Shown in pieces: positions 62,785-64,000 of a DNA stretch of 64,000 bases. The notes under the pieces were generated by a model. It had not been told where the DNA came from and searched no databases. It saw only the letters and a list, made by a program, of their open reading frames with translations. The first letter of the stretch is position 1; every line of letters starts with the position of its first letter. The stretch comes from Gammaproteobacteria bacterium. Its GTDB lineage: Bacteria; Pseudomonadota; Gammaproteobacteria; GCA-001735895. The DNA is taken from positions 14,385 to 78,384 of the forward strand of contig JBNLGQ010000040.1 in NCBI GenBank assembly GCA_050306135.1, read 5' to 3'. A program made the translations under genes and the position numbers.

Positions 62785-62955
62785 AAGATATTAACCACAG
62801 AGACACAGAGATCACAGAGAGGAAATTTAGGCGGAGTTATATTTTAGAGTTGATAATACTCCCTCTTTAACTTTAAACCTGAATCCGTGGTTTCAAGTTG
62901 GCTACAAGTATTTAACCTCCGTGCTCTCTGTGTGCTCTGTGGTGAATGCTTTTAA
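62785..62955. repeat. CACAGAG-type inverted-repeat element, copy 3
   Basis: ACCACAGAGACACAGAGATCACAGAG ... CTCCGTGCTCTCTGTGTGCTCTGTGGT. Confidence 0.8.
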
Positions 62956-63068
62956 GATCGAAATATTTACGGGGTTTCTGGTTAAATCAGGTTTTTTATG
63001 ATGTAGGCTTTTTCCTTCGGGTGATTTAAACTGAGGGCTGTTTTCAGTAAAAGCGTCGCAAAAGATTC

Positions 63069-64000
63069 ATGTTAAAAATTTACAACAGTCTGAGTAATAA
63101 AAAAGAGGTTTTCCAACCGATCGAAGAAGGAAAAGTGCGCATGTATGTGTGCGGAATGACCGTTTACGATTACTGCCATATCGGTCACGCCAGAGTGCTG
63201 GTGGTTTTTGATGTAGTGTATCGTTTCCTGAAGCATCTGGGGTTTGACGTAACCTACATCCGCAATATTACCGATATCGACGACAAGATTATTCAGCGCG
63301 CGAATGAGAATGAAGAAGATTTCCATGCTCTCACTGAACGATTTATTGACGCGATGCATCAGGATACCGATGCGCTTGGGGTGTTAAGACCCGATAGTGA
63401 GCCTAAGGCTACTGATAATATTCCAGCCATTCTGAGCATGATTGAAACACTGGTTGATAAGGGTTATGCCTATCCGGCAGACAATGGAGATGTTTATTTT
63501 GCAGTAGAAAAATTCAACCAGTACGGCAAATTATCGGGTAAGAAGATTGAAGATTTGCGTGCTGGTGAACGCGTTGAGGTGGATACAGCAAAACGTGATC
63601 CACTGGATTTTGTGCTGTGGAAGAAGGCCAAGGCTGATGAGCCTTACTGGGATTCACCCTATGGCAATGGTCGTCCTGGCTGGCATATAGAGTGTTCGGC
63701 TATGTCTACCCAAATGCTGGGAAATCACTTCGATATCCATGGTGGTGGGCAGGATTTACAGTTTCCTCACCATGAGAATGAAATTGCGCAGAGCGAATGT
63801 TGCACCGGTGAGCAGTTTGTTAATTACTGGATGCATAATGGCTTTGTCAGAGTCAATGAAGAAAAAATGTCCAAGTCTCTGGGTAATTTCTTTACCCTGC
63901 GTGATGTGCTGAAAGAATATCGGGCAGAAGAGATTCGCTATTTTATTCTGAACAGTCACTATCGAAGTCCATTAAATTATTCTGATGAGCAGCTAAACCT
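63069..64000 (+). CDS. cysS: Cysteine--tRNA ligase (runs off the window end)
   Basis: [58 protein letters not shown]. Confidence 0.97.
   Translation, partial: MLKIYNSLSNKKEVFQPIEEGKVRMYVCGMTVYDYCHIGHARVLVVFDVVYRFLKHLGFDVTYIRNITDIDDKIIQRANENEEDFHALTERFIDAMHQDTDALGVLRPDSEPKATDNIPAILSMIETLVDKGYAYPADNGDVYFAVEKFNQYGKLSGKKIEDLRAGERVEVDTAKRDPLDFVLWKKAKADEPYWDSPYGNGRPGWHIECSAMSTQMLGNHFDIHGGGQDLQFPHHENEIAQSECCTGEQFVNYWMHNGFVRVNEEKMSKSLGNFFTLRDVLKEYRAEEIRYFILNSHYRSPLNYSDEQLN

Overview
Chromosomal segment of a free-living, probably marine, Gammaproteobacterium (moderate GC). Most of it is housekeeping: cnoX, parE-speD-parC, pyk, htpX, a FimX-like c-di-GMP receptor, epmB/efp/epmA, psd, SCO/PCuAC, prmB, djlA, aroC, LysR-leuCDB-asd-usg-fimV-truA-trpFBA-accD-folC-dedD-cvpA-purF, SAM-II riboswitch-metZ, lpxH-cyclophilin-cysS. 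There are two accessory zones. About 0-4.7 kb holds an RsgA paralog, a Tag-like glycosylase, YbaK, an AT-rich orphan KAP NTPase and a MITE. About 23.3-35 kb, between prmB/djlA and aroC, holds a GlyGly-CTERM-like protein, DUF4198/HupE, a GC-rich Cys-PAS chemoreceptor, a PEP-CTERM gene, a decayed IS1182, a bufferin-type MNIO RiPP cluster and nested REP/MITE repeats. Most notable: (1) LeuB keeps its own-subunit catalytic residues but has lost both residues normally donated to the partner subunit (K->S192, D->G224), suggesting a heterodimeric or dead enzyme; (2) a minimal bufferin-like cluster behind a perfect sigmaE-type promoter; (3) 'Russian-doll' MITE/REP insertions with target-site duplications; (4) a SAM-II riboswitch with a strand-displacement expression platform. 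No rRNA, tRNA or CRISPR array was seen. All calls come from motif recognition by eye, without database searches.
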